Positions 15,777-24,075 of a stretch of 32,000 nt of DNA are shown in pieces. Source of the stretch: Ruminococcus albus 7 = DSM 20455. Its GTDB lineage: Bacteria > Bacillota > Clostridia > Oscillospirales > Ruminococcaceae. The notes beneath the pieces were generated by a model, which was given only the letters and a program-made list of their open reading frames with translations, did no database searches and was not told the DNA's origin. Made by a program: the position numbers and the translations under genes. Position 1 is the first letter of the stretch, and every line of letters begins with the position of its first letter. The stretch lies in the NCBI RefSeq assembly GCF_000179635.2, contig NC_014833.1:3150001-3182000 (forward strand). Reading direction: 5' to 3'.

Positions 15777-16108
15777 TTTTGTTCCTCCAATAGATCATAA
15801 TTTTTTGTACTGCCGTCTTCAAACGTCAGCCTGATGATTTTTGTATCTGTCTGTTCTGCGGATATCACCCATTTATCGGATATCTCGGTGCATACCATAT
15901 CGGGGATACGGCAGACAACAGCTCCGCAACCGTATACTACTGCGAAGCTTTCGTCTTTGCTTATCAGTGCGCCCTCGGGGTCGCCGTACATATCGCATAC
16001 GGGAAAAGTTCTGCCCGTTCTTTTATCGATAAGCACGGCGTCCTCGAAGCAGCTTTTTACTTTGAAATGTTCGCTTTCAGCCAGAAGTACGTCTGCGTTT
16101 GAAGCCAT
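15773..16108 (-). CDS. Hypothetical 111-aa cytoplasmic protein
   Basis: The ORF is packed tightly: 3 nt after the GH3 stop, with a 4-nt ATGA overlap onto the lipoprotein gene. The RBS is GAGGAT. I recognise no motif. Confidence 0.5.
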   Translation of the reverse strand: MASNADVLLAESEHFKVKSCFEDAVLIDKRTGRTFPVCDMYGDPEGALISKDESFAVVYGCGAVVCRIPDMVCTEISDKWVISAEQTDTKIIRLTFEDGSTKNYDLLEEQK

Positions 16109-16111
16109 CTC

Positions 16112-18868
16112 TCAGATATCCTCAACGCACAGACCTGTGCCCTCGGCGGGTCTTATCTTTTTGAATACTATCTTATCCATATCAAGTCCGCCCAGACCGA
16201 AGTGAAGCCTGAATATAGTATACCGGGAGAACATGGGCATTTCTTCCACGGCGAAGGTCACGGGTTTTCCGCCTGTGCCGTTCCATGTGAATGTGCCCCA
16301 TGCAGTACCCATGCTGAATACGGTCACGGGCATCTGTGCAAGCTCGCTCTGTGTGGAGCTTGCTGTCATTTCCATGCGGTACTGACCGAACTGTGCCACA
16401 TCTACAGTGAAGCTGTAATCGAGATTTCTCTCGGTCTTAACACCACTCATATCTATGGTCAGGTCGCCGTCCAGCAGGAACACTCTGTCGCCCTCGCCGT
16501 CATCAACGGTCTCGGCAGGCTTGTTGATAACTTCAACAGCCTCGTCCTCGCCAAGCTTTCTTGCCATAGCATGAGTGCTCATCATAAATGAGAGTATGTT
16601 CCTTGCAGACCTCTGAAGTTCTGCGCGGGTAAGTCTGCCGTCTGCCAGTGCCGCTATAACATTGTCACTGCCGCTTTCACCGTCTGCGCATACCATATAA
16701 ACATCATTCTGCGCACGTACCATAGCCGCAAAATTGTTCTTGTCAGGAGCACAGCCGCGGTCATTGATATTTGCCCACCAGTCAGTCATGGTAAAGCCGT
16801 CAAAGCCCCACTGCTTGCGGAGTATCATAGTATTAAGGTCAAAGCTGCCTGCTGTCCAGAGACCGTTTACCTTACCGTAGGTCGTCATAACAGAACGTGC
16901 CTTGCTCTTTCGTACAGCTATCTCGAATCCTTTGAGGTATATCTCACGGAGCGCTCTCTCACTTGCTACGGAGTCGATGAAATGTCTGTTGGTCTCCTGA
17001 TTGTTGGCGCAGAAATGTTTTATAGTACCCTCAACGCCCACGCTGTGCAGACCTTCAAGTTCTGCCGCAGCCATTGTACCCGTCAGGAAGGGGTCTTCAG
17101 AAAAGTACTCGAAATTTCTGCCGTTGAGGGGGTGGCGGTGGATATTCATACCGGGTCCCAGCAGACAATCCACTTTATTTGCCCGCATCTCCAATCCGAG
17201 ATATGTGAAAAGCTCGGTGATAAGAGACTTGTTGAATGTTGCCGCGATGAGTGTACCGTTAGGCAGGCTGAATGCCTTTGTACCTACATCAAGACGCATT
17301 CCCGAAGGACCGTCCGAACAGCACCCTGCAGGTATGCCAAGTTCTTCCAGGTGCTTAGCCACACCTCCGAATGCCGCAGCCGTACCGGGAGTGACCTTTG
17401 GAGAACACATACCCTCGCCGCGCACAAGGCAGTTAAGGTCATTGTCATCAAGCTGTGCTATGAACTCATCAAGGGTGTTCTTACCATGGGCCACATCGGA
17501 AAGGGCTATACCCTTATCACCTGTATATGCTGTTTCCGCAGGCAGATATCCAAGTCTGCGTGCAGCTTCGTCAACCTTTGAAAGAGGGGTATCCTCATAG
17601 GAAAGACCCTCTGCGGTGCGAACCATCCTCTTGAAAGGCGTAACAGGTGCCAGTGCCTGTTCAAGCTGTTCGATGACCTTGGTAGAATCCAGTGTGAAAG
17701 CAAAGCATTCCTTTGCACTGCGCACATCACTGCCTGCATAGAATGTGTACTCTCCTGCTTCCTCTACCCATGCGAAGGCATTTCCTGTAATGCCGCTGTC
17801 ATCGTAGGAAGCTATATCACGCTCGGTGACTTCTATCGTCAGCGTCTGTTCTTCATTCGGTGCAAGTACCTTTGTCTTTTCAAATCCGCAAAGCACACGC
17901 GCAGCCTTGCCAAGCTTACAGTTGGGCGCTTCAAGGTATACCTGCACGACTTCCTTGCCTGCCGCACTGCCGATATTCTTCACTTTAGCAGTTATGACAA
18001 CACCGTCATCAGTCTTTCTGCCCTCGGCACTTATCTCAAACTGCGTATAGCTAAGTCCGTATCCGAAGGGGAATCTTACCCTGTCCTTTGCAAAGGTATC
18101 AAAGTATCTGTATCCCACGAAGATATCTTCAGCATAGATATCCACATCCCTGTTGTGGAAATTTTTGTCAGAGGGATAGTCTGTGATATCATAAGCGATA
18201 GTATCGGGCAGCTTGCCGCAGGGAGATACCTCACCCAGCAGCACCCTTGCAGTGCCTGTACCGCCTGTCATACCACCCTGCCATACATACATTACAGCAT
18301 CGGGTGAGAATTCGTCGATAAAGCCCATGTCGATTATATTGCCCACATTGAGCAGTATCACCATTTTGCTGAAATTATCCCTTACCTTGCGCAGCATAGC
18401 CTTTTCACCGTCTGTCAGCAGATAAGAACCTGCCTTGCAGCTGTTGTCCTGTTCCTCGCCTGCGGTGCGTCCTATAATACATATCGCTGTATCGGAACTC
18501 TCAGCCGCCCTTTTTACAAGGCTGTCATCAAGAGGCATCTCCTCCTGACACCAGGGCTCGCCGCCCCAGCCCTCGCCGTAATCGTAGGGATGTTCAGCAA
18601 CATAGTCCTTGTAAGCCTTCAGCACATCCTCATTGAGTTTTGCACCTGCTTCTATAAGGCCATCGGTTATTCCCGTGACCTTTGCAACATTCACCATTCC
18701 GCCAGAGCCCGTACCGCTTTTATAATAATCCAGCTGTATACGTCCGAAAACTGCCGTAACGGCATTTTTATCCAGCGGCAGGACGCCGTTGTTCACAAGC
18801 AGCACTGCGCCCTCAGCGTTTACCTCTGCTGCCTTTTCGAGATATTCGTTCCAATCAAGCTTTATCAT
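16112..18868 (-). CDS. Glycoside hydrolase family 3 beta-glucosidase/xylosidase-like enzyme with permuted domain order
   Basis: 918 aa. The GH3 C-terminal-type alpha/beta domain comes first (AVLLVNNGVLPL), then the Fn3-like domain (FGYGLSYTQFEI ... VVQVYL). The catalytic TIM-barrel domain follows (KHFCANNQETNR, GFDGFTMTDWW), then an extra ~150-aa beta-rich tail. Confidence 0.9.
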   Translation of the reverse strand: MIKLDWNEYLEKAAEVNAEGAVLLVNNGVLPLDKNAVTAVFGRIQLDYYKSGTGSGGMVNVAKVTGITDGLIEAGAKLNEDVLKAYKDYVAEHPYDYGEGWGGEPWCQEEMPLDDSLVKRAAESSDTAICIIGRTAGEEQDNSCKAGSYLLTDGEKAMLRKVRDNFSKMVILLNVGNIIDMGFIDEFSPDAVMYVWQGGMTGGTGTARVLLGEVSPCGKLPDTIAYDITDYPSDKNFHNRDVDIYAEDIFVGYRYFDTFAKDRVRFPFGYGLSYTQFEISAEGRKTDDGVVITAKVKNIGSAAGKEVVQVYLEAPNCKLGKAARVLCGFEKTKVLAPNEEQTLTIEVTERDIASYDDSGITGNAFAWVEEAGEYTFYAGSDVRSAKECFAFTLDSTKVIEQLEQALAPVTPFKRMVRTAEGLSYEDTPLSKVDEAARRLGYLPAETAYTGDKGIALSDVAHGKNTLDEFIAQLDDNDLNCLVRGEGMCSPKVTPGTAAAFGGVAKHLEELGIPAGCCSDGPSGMRLDVGTKAFSLPNGTLIAATFNKSLITELFTYLGLEMRANKVDCLLGPGMNIHRHPLNGRNFEYFSEDPFLTGTMAAAELEGLHSVGVEGTIKHFCANNQETNRHFIDSVASERALREIYLKGFEIAVRKSKARSVMTTYGKVNGLWTAGSFDLNTMILRKQWGFDGFTMTDWWANINDRGCAPDKNNFAAMVRAQNDVYMVCADGESGSDNVIAALADGRLTRAELQRSARNILSFMMSTHAMARKLGEDEAVEVINKPAETVDDGEGDRVFLLDGDLTIDMSGVKTERNLDYSFTVDVAQFGQYRMEMTASSTQSELAQMPVTVFSMGTAWGTFTWNGTGGKPVTFAVEEMPMFSRYTIFRLHFGLGGLDMDKIVFKKIRPAEGTGLCVEDI

Positions 18869-18921
18869 ATCTTACCTCCGTATCACAGTCAGGTCAATTG
18901 ACAAAGAAACGTCACAGGGAT

Positions 18922-20706
18922 TCAGCTTTTGTGCATCAGTCCCAGTACTGTTTCTTCGTCAGGCTTTACGGTTATCGTATAATTATGTGTGAATATCACC
19001 ATACCTGGCTTCGAGCCTGCAGGCTTCTTCACAAACTTCACGAAGGTATAATCAACATCACACCTTGATGAATTCTTAGCCTTTGAGTAATATGCCGCTA
19101 TCATAGCCGCTTCCTCTATAGTGCGGTCAGGCGGCAGCTCATCGGGGGTGAACTTTGCAGCTTCTCCCCTGTCGGGACAGCTGATTATCACGTGACACCC
19201 GGTTATATCTTTCGCGTGCAGCCATACATCGGTCTTCTTTGAATCCTTGCAGGTCAGTCTGTCATTCTGGGCATTGTTCCTGCCGACACGTATATCGTAC
19301 CCCTCGCTGGAGGTAAACCTCATGGGGGGCATAGCCTTGGGCGGCTTGCCTTTCTGTCTGCTCCTGCTGATATAGCCCTGCTCGGTGAGTTCCTGCCTCA
19401 GTGCGGCGATATCGCCCTCTGTTCTGGCACGGGTAAGTGCATCGAGGACAGTATCTAAGTATTTTGCTTCTTCCTCGCCCTGAGCTATCAGTTTTTCAAG
19501 GACTTTTTCCGCGGTATCAAGCTTGCGGTACTCCTTGAAGTACTTCTGGGCATTCTGGACAGGAGTCAGGCGCTTATCAAGCTTCACCGTCACTTCGGGC
19601 TGGGCTTCGTCGTAAAAGTTTACGAGTTTAGCCTCTGTCATGCCTTTTTCAAGGGCATACAGATTCGCTGTGATGAGGTCGCCGTACTGTTTCAGCTGTT
19701 CGCGCCTTGCACAGTCTTTCAGTTCAAGCTGTTGATTTTTTACTCTTGATTCCGTCCTGTCGATGGTATTCGCAAGCAGCCTGAAAAGGTCCTGAGCTTT
19801 CTGACGTGTACGCGAAAGGCTGTCACGCTCGGAATAGAAGTAGTCCAGCAGTGCCGAAGGGCTTTCAAAGTGTTTGGTCACCATAAGTCCGCCGTACTGG
19901 TCTATATTGCAGAAACAGAAATCCTTCAGTTCACCGCCCGTAGTCTTTATCACAGTGAACTTGTTAAGGCTGTTTTCAAGCTGTTCCCTTATCTTCTTTA
20001 TGTAGAACCATAACCTGTCCTTATGGTCATCGGTCATATCCTCTACATTCACCTCAGCCGAATGGGATGTAAAGAATGCGCATTCTCTCGCAAACACAGG
20101 TGATATGCCCTGCAGGGTCTTCATTATGCCCTTTGAAAGCTCCTGCTTCGGGAACTCTGCAAGCCTGTCCTCGAATTCTTCCCTTGTACATCCTGTCAGC
20201 GATACTCTCCCGTCGCTTTCGGGCAGAGTGTACACAACTCCCGGCAGCACAGGTGTTTCGGATACCTCTGAGGATACTCTTTTTATACTGTCGATTATCC
20301 TGCCGTTTTCATCTGTCAGGAGAAGATTCGCTCTTCTGCCCATCAGCTCCACAGTGACCGTCAGTCTGACCATATCCCCCAGCTCGTTAGTTGCATCAAA
20401 ATCAAGCATTATCACTCGTTCATGTTCAGGCTGTCTAATGTCTGCAAGCTTCGCACCCGACAGGTGCTTTCTCATCAGCATACAGAACATAGGCGGCTGC
20501 TTGGGATTTTCTATCTCCGCAGCTGTAAGGTGCAGCCTTGCCGTACCTGCCACCGTATTTATCAGCAGCTTCTTTATACCGTCATAGGTGCGCAGCGCAA
20601 TGAGCAGCTCCCCCTTTGACGGCTGATGTATCTTATCCACCCTGCCGCCGATAAGCGGCATGAGCTCTTTTTTTATCTCACCGAGAAAAACTCCGTCCAG
20701 AGCCAT
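18922..20706 (-). CDS. rqcH: RqcH (NFACT-family ribosome quality-control factor, also annotated as fibronectin-binding protein A)
   Basis: 594 aa. The NFACT-N start is MALDGVFL...GGRVDKIHQP. A coiled-coil middle region is followed by an NFACT-R-like C-terminus (WLHAKDITGCHVII). Confidence 0.9.
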   Translation of the reverse strand: MALDGVFLGEIKKELMPLIGGRVDKIHQPSKGELLIALRTYDGIKKLLINTVAGTARLHLTAAEIENPKQPPMFCMLMRKHLSGAKLADIRQPEHERVIMLDFDATNELGDMVRLTVTVELMGRRANLLLTDENGRIIDSIKRVSSEVSETPVLPGVVYTLPESDGRVSLTGCTREEFEDRLAEFPKQELSKGIMKTLQGISPVFARECAFFTSHSAEVNVEDMTDDHKDRLWFYIKKIREQLENSLNKFTVIKTTGGELKDFCFCNIDQYGGLMVTKHFESPSALLDYFYSERDSLSRTRQKAQDLFRLLANTIDRTESRVKNQQLELKDCARREQLKQYGDLITANLYALEKGMTEAKLVNFYDEAQPEVTVKLDKRLTPVQNAQKYFKEYRKLDTAEKVLEKLIAQGEEEAKYLDTVLDALTRARTEGDIAALRQELTEQGYISRSRQKGKPPKAMPPMRFTSSEGYDIRVGRNNAQNDRLTCKDSKKTDVWLHAKDITGCHVIISCPDRGEAAKFTPDELPPDRTIEEAAMIAAYYSKAKNSSRCDVDYTFVKFVKKPAGSKPGMVIFTHNYTITVKPDEETVLGLMHKS

Positions 20707-20737
20707 TCACTTCATCTCCGTTTTCTGCTTGATCTTT

Positions 20738-21259
20738 TCACAGGACATTCTTACCTTTGAAATACTCGCCCATAAATTTCCTGTATATGGCAAATGCCGC
20801 ATTTCCCGGCGAATCGGGAAAGATAGTTTCTATCACCTTTTCCGCAGGCACCCAGTCAGCCCAGTCAACCTCAGATGACAGCACCAGCGGCTGCTTTTTC
20901 ACCCTTGCGATGAAACCATGCATAAGCAGACCCTGCTTCTCGAACCAGTAAGTTCCTGCGTAGTCAAGGCTGTCGATCTCAAGCCCTATCTCCTCCCTTA
21001 CTTCTCTCACCGCTGTCTGCTCAGCATTCTCCCCGGGAGTTATGTATCCCGAAACAAAGGTCGTGTACCTGTCCGACATATAATCCTGCCGAAGCAGCGC
21101 TATCTCATCGAACTCATTTGCCGCCAGCACTATCGAACAGCTCGGGAACGTATCGAACCACAGCTTTTCACAGTCCTCGCAGTATGGCACGAACCCTTCA
21201 TCGCCCGCAGGTCTTTCCACCAGCTTTTTTCCGCACTGCGGGCAGTAAATATACCTCAT
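20738..21259 (-). CDS. Nudix hydrolase with an N-terminal C4 zinc ribbon
   Basis: I placed the start at MRYIYCPQCG (ATG 21259), preceded by the RBS GAGGGAAGAG; the upstream extension in the ORF track is Cys-rich junk. The zinc ribbon is CPQC...CEDC. The Nudix box is GYITPGENAEQTAVREVREEIGL. Confidence 0.8.
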   Translation of the reverse strand: MRYIYCPQCGKKLVERPAGDEGFVPYCEDCEKLWFDTFPSCSIVLAANEFDEIALLRQDYMSDRYTTFVSGYITPGENAEQTAVREVREEIGLEIDSLDYAGTYWFEKQGLLMHGFIARVKKQPLVLSSEVDWADWVPAEKVIETIFPDSPGNAAFAIYRKFMGEYFKGKNVL

Positions 21260-21381
21260 GCTCTTCCCTCCGCAAAAAAGGCCGGAACAGTATGCAGCAA
21301 ATGTGATATCCTCACATTTGCTGTTATGCCGTCCCGACCGTAATGATTGTGGAACGTATGCCGTAACACTATTGCAAAATA

Positions 21382-21413
21382 CGCATATAAAGCTCATACG
21401 AGCCTTATATGCG
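21382..21413 (-). terminator. Candidate terminator after the SseB-like gene
   Basis: In minus-strand RNA a 14-bp stem with one G-U pair, cgcauauaaggcuc / gagcuuuauaugcg, has a 4-nt loop and is followed by UAUUUUG. Confidence 0.55.
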
Positions 21414-21455
21414 ATGATTTTGTTATAGGGTCAGACAAGCTCCCCCTGATAAGCA

Positions 21456-22073
21456 TTACTGCTCGTCAGAAGAAGATACTGTGATATCAGGCTTTTCGCC
21501 CTCAGCAGCCTCCTGAGCTTCAGCCTCAGCAGCGGCAACCATAGCAGCGTCCTTGCTCTTCTTAAAGTTTATAAGGGTCTGCTTGATGGATTCCAGCATA
21601 GGCTTGGTGAAAGGCAGGTTGTGCTCCCTGGTAAAGGGGTTTACAACAAAGCCTTCAACATTCGGGGTGCTCTCTGTCAGGAAAGCTATATCGCTGAACT
21701 TCATAGCAAAAGGTCTGTAAGACTGCTCTGTTTCCATCTTCTTCAGCTCTTCTGCATCTGTAAATACGGGGAAGAAAGATATTGTACCTGTCTGATTGCC
21801 GTTCTCGTCGCGTACAGCCTTGTTTACCAGCATGAACTTAGCTTCCTGCTTGTCCTTGAACTGTACGTGGTTGTTTTCGTCAGCCACCAGTTCCTGATTC
21901 TTCTCAATGATAGCGGGAATGAGGAATGTGGATCTCAGTGCATTGTTGATGACCTTGTTCTGTGCATCTGCACTGAATTCCTTTCTCATAGCGTTGATAG
22001 CCTCTACCAGTGCGGTATTATCTATCTTCTCATTGGAGACCTTTCCTGAGATCTGTAAATTCTGCTCTGCCAT
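21456..22073 (-). CDS. SseB-like family protein (function unknown)
   Basis: 205 aa. The pattern FLIPAI ... ISFFPVFTDAEELKKM ... GFVVNPF resembles the SseB N- and C-terminal domains as I recall them. It has an acidic Ala/Glu-rich tail. Confidence 0.5.
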   Translation of the reverse strand: MAEQNLQISGKVSNEKIDNTALVEAINAMRKEFSADAQNKVINNALRSTFLIPAIIEKNQELVADENNHVQFKDKQEAKFMLVNKAVRDENGNQTGTISFFPVFTDAEELKKMETEQSYRPFAMKFSDIAFLTESTPNVEGFVVNPFTREHNLPFTKPMLESIKQTLINFKKSKDAAMVAAAEAEAQEAAEGEKPDITVSSSDEQ

Positions 22074-22116
22074 TTTTCTTACTCCTTTTTAAATGAATTT
22101 TATGATTTACTCAAAC

Positions 22117-23082
22117 TTACTTTTCCTCTAAATTTATGTCAACAATAAACTTAGGTCTTGCCTTTGTTTCAAGATATATCTTGCCGATATATTCGCCGAT
22201 AACTCCTATAGCCAGCATCTGCAGTCCGCCAAGCGCCCACACAGATGTTATCGTCGAAGCCCAGCCCTTTACAGTCGAGCCGAACGCCTTTGTGAACAGG
22301 AAGTATATCAGCATTATCACCGAGATAACGAATATGAACACGCCCAGCGCAGTGATGAATCTGATAGGCTTTACCGAAAGGGAGGTTATGCCCTCCACTG
22401 CGAAAGCCAGCATCTTTTTCAGCGGATACTTTGATTCGCCCGCTACACGCTCGTTTCTCTCGTACTTTACTATGTCGCTCTTGAAGCCCACCATAGGCAC
22501 CATTCCTCTCAGGAACAGATTGACCTCCTTGAACTCTGCCAGCGTATCCACAGCCCTCTTGCTCATAAGTCTGTAATCAGCATGGTCGTAGGTTATCTCA
22601 ACGCCCATGAATTCCAGCATTTTATAATAGCTTCTGGCTGTGTTCCTCTTGAAGGCTGTATCGGTCTCTCTTGAAGACCTTACGCCGTACACTATCTCAC
22701 AGCCCTCGGCACGCTTTTCAAGCATACCGTCTATCGCATTGATATCATCCTGTAAGTCCGCGTCCATAGATATCAGTATGTCCGCATATTTTCTGGCTGT
22801 CATAAGACCTGCCAGAAGTGCATTCTGGTGACCCTTGTTCCTTGAAAGCTTTATACCCGTGAACATATTCGTCTGCTCCATATCATGCAGTTTTTCGATT
22901 ATCTCCCAGGTATTGTCCTTTGAACCGTCATCCACGAACATTACTTTGCTGTCACTGCTTACCTTTCCCTCTGCAATAAGCCCGTCCATTTTTTTCATAA
23001 GAGCCTTTGCGGTTATGGGCAGCATCTCCTCCTCATTATAACATGGTATCACCAAATACAGTGTTTCCGCCAATTTTTTCAT
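22117..23082 (-). CDS. Family 2 glycosyltransferase, GtrB/CsbB-like polyprenyl-phosphate glycosyltransferase
   Basis: 321 aa. The GT-A start is LVIPCYNEEEMLP, followed by DDGSKD, a DAD (DxD) motif, and two C-terminal TM helices. Confidence 0.9.
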   Translation of the reverse strand: MKKLAETLYLVIPCYNEEEMLPITAKALMKKMDGLIAEGKVSSDSKVMFVDDGSKDNTWEIIEKLHDMEQTNMFTGIKLSRNKGHQNALLAGLMTARKYADILISMDADLQDDINAIDGMLEKRAEGCEIVYGVRSSRETDTAFKRNTARSYYKMLEFMGVEITYDHADYRLMSKRAVDTLAEFKEVNLFLRGMVPMVGFKSDIVKYERNERVAGESKYPLKKMLAFAVEGITSLSVKPIRFITALGVFIFVISVIMLIYFLFTKAFGSTVKGWASTITSVWALGGLQMLAIGVIGEYIGKIYLETKARPKFIVDINLEEK

Positions 23083-23102
23083 CTCCAGAATTTTTCTTTA
23101 TT

Positions 23103-23903
23103 TTATCGGGCAAACGGCGCTATACCGAAAAGCCTGCAGGCATTCTCGTTTGTAGCCCGCAGTATCTCATCCGCTGTAACACCCTTCACCTCAGCCATTA
23201 CCTTTGCGGTCTCGGCTATCATAGAGCTTTCGCTGCGTTCACCCCTGTAAGGCGGCGGTGCCATATAAGGACAATCCGTTTCCAGCAGGAGCCTTTCGAT
23301 AGGCACAGCCTCGCAGGCACGTTTAGCTTTTTTGTTGTTTTTGAAAGCCAGCGAACCTGTAAAGCCTACGTACATACCAAGTCCCACAACTTCCTCAGCG
23401 GTCTCAGCCGAGCCCGAAAAGCAGTGCATAACTCCTGCAGGTCTTAGTTCGCTGAGTATCCTCATGCATTCCTCCGTCGCATCACGGCAGTGTACTATTA
23501 TCGGAAGCCCTTTTTCGTTGGCAAACTTCACCTGACTAACAAAAAGTTCCGTCTGCTTAGCGGCATTGTAACCCTCATAGTGGTGATCAAGTCCGATCTC
23601 ACCCACTGCCCTGAGTTTGCCTGTGCCCTCCGCTTTTTCATAGAGTGCCGTGAGCAACTCCATGTAATTATCGGGAACGTCATCGGCATACTCGGGATGA
23701 AAGCCTATGGAGGTATAATAATTTTCATACCTCTGAGCTGTTTCTATGCCGAACAGTGAGGACTTCTCATCTACCGCCGCATGAAGCATCTTATCGACCG
23801 TATGACCCTCATTCACAAGCAGTCTGTCCAACAGTTCATACCTGTCCTCATCGAAAGCCCTGTCATCATAATGACAATGAGAATCAAATATCAGTGCTGC
23901 CAT
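23103..23903 (-). CDS. TatD-family metal-dependent hydrolase (DNase)
   Basis: 266 aa. FDSHCHY, GEIGLDHHY, IVHCRDA, MHCFSGS and LLETDCPY are all TatD signature blocks. Confidence 0.9.
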   Translation of the reverse strand: MAALIFDSHCHYDDRAFDEDRYELLDRLLVNEGHTVDKMLHAAVDEKSSLFGIETAQRYENYYTSIGFHPEYADDVPDNYMELLTALYEKAEGTGKLRAVGEIGLDHHYEGYNAAKQTELFVSQVKFANEKGLPIIVHCRDATEECMRILSELRPAGVMHCFSGSAETAEEVVGLGMYVGFTGSLAFKNNKKAKRACEAVPIERLLLETDCPYMAPPPYRGERSESSMIAETAKVMAEVKGVTADEILRATNENACRLFGIAPFAR

Positions 23904-24002
23904 AGATATCTCCTTCCTGTTCGCATATACTCAACAGATATTATAGCACATTTTTCCTCTTTTGTAAAGAACTTTTTTTGTTAATTTCGTGAAAAACCAC
24001 GC

Positions 24003-24036
24003 AAAAAATGCGCCCACGTTTACGCAGACGCATTTT
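24003..24036 (-). terminator. Candidate terminator after the PASTA protein gene
   Basis: The stem aaaatgcg / cgcatttt (24005-24012 with 24029-24036) continues into a U run on the minus-strand transcript. Confidence 0.5.
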
Positions 24037-24075
24037 GCCGTTTTGTTGTCAGTTATGTTTTAAAATACTCTGTTT

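Noticed and set aside
16982-17600. Two overlapping 199-aa plus-strand ORFs.
   Set aside because: They are antisense to the GH3 catalytic domain and are Arg/Cys/Ser-rich shadow ORFs.
18893-18902. A perfect 10-bp palindrome, GTCAATTGAC, in the 53-nt gap between rqcH and the GH3 gene. It could be an operator.
   Set aside because: It is short, has no flanking half-site extension that I can tie to a regulator family, and no regulator gene is nearby. A chance occurrence is plausible.
21295-21323. A perfect 12-bp hairpin (cagcaaatgtga / tcacatttgctg) about 35 nt upstream of the Nudix start codon.
   Set aside because: No U tract adjoins it on either strand, and a better terminator lies at 21382-21413. 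It may be a processing or stability element, but I cannot support a specific function.
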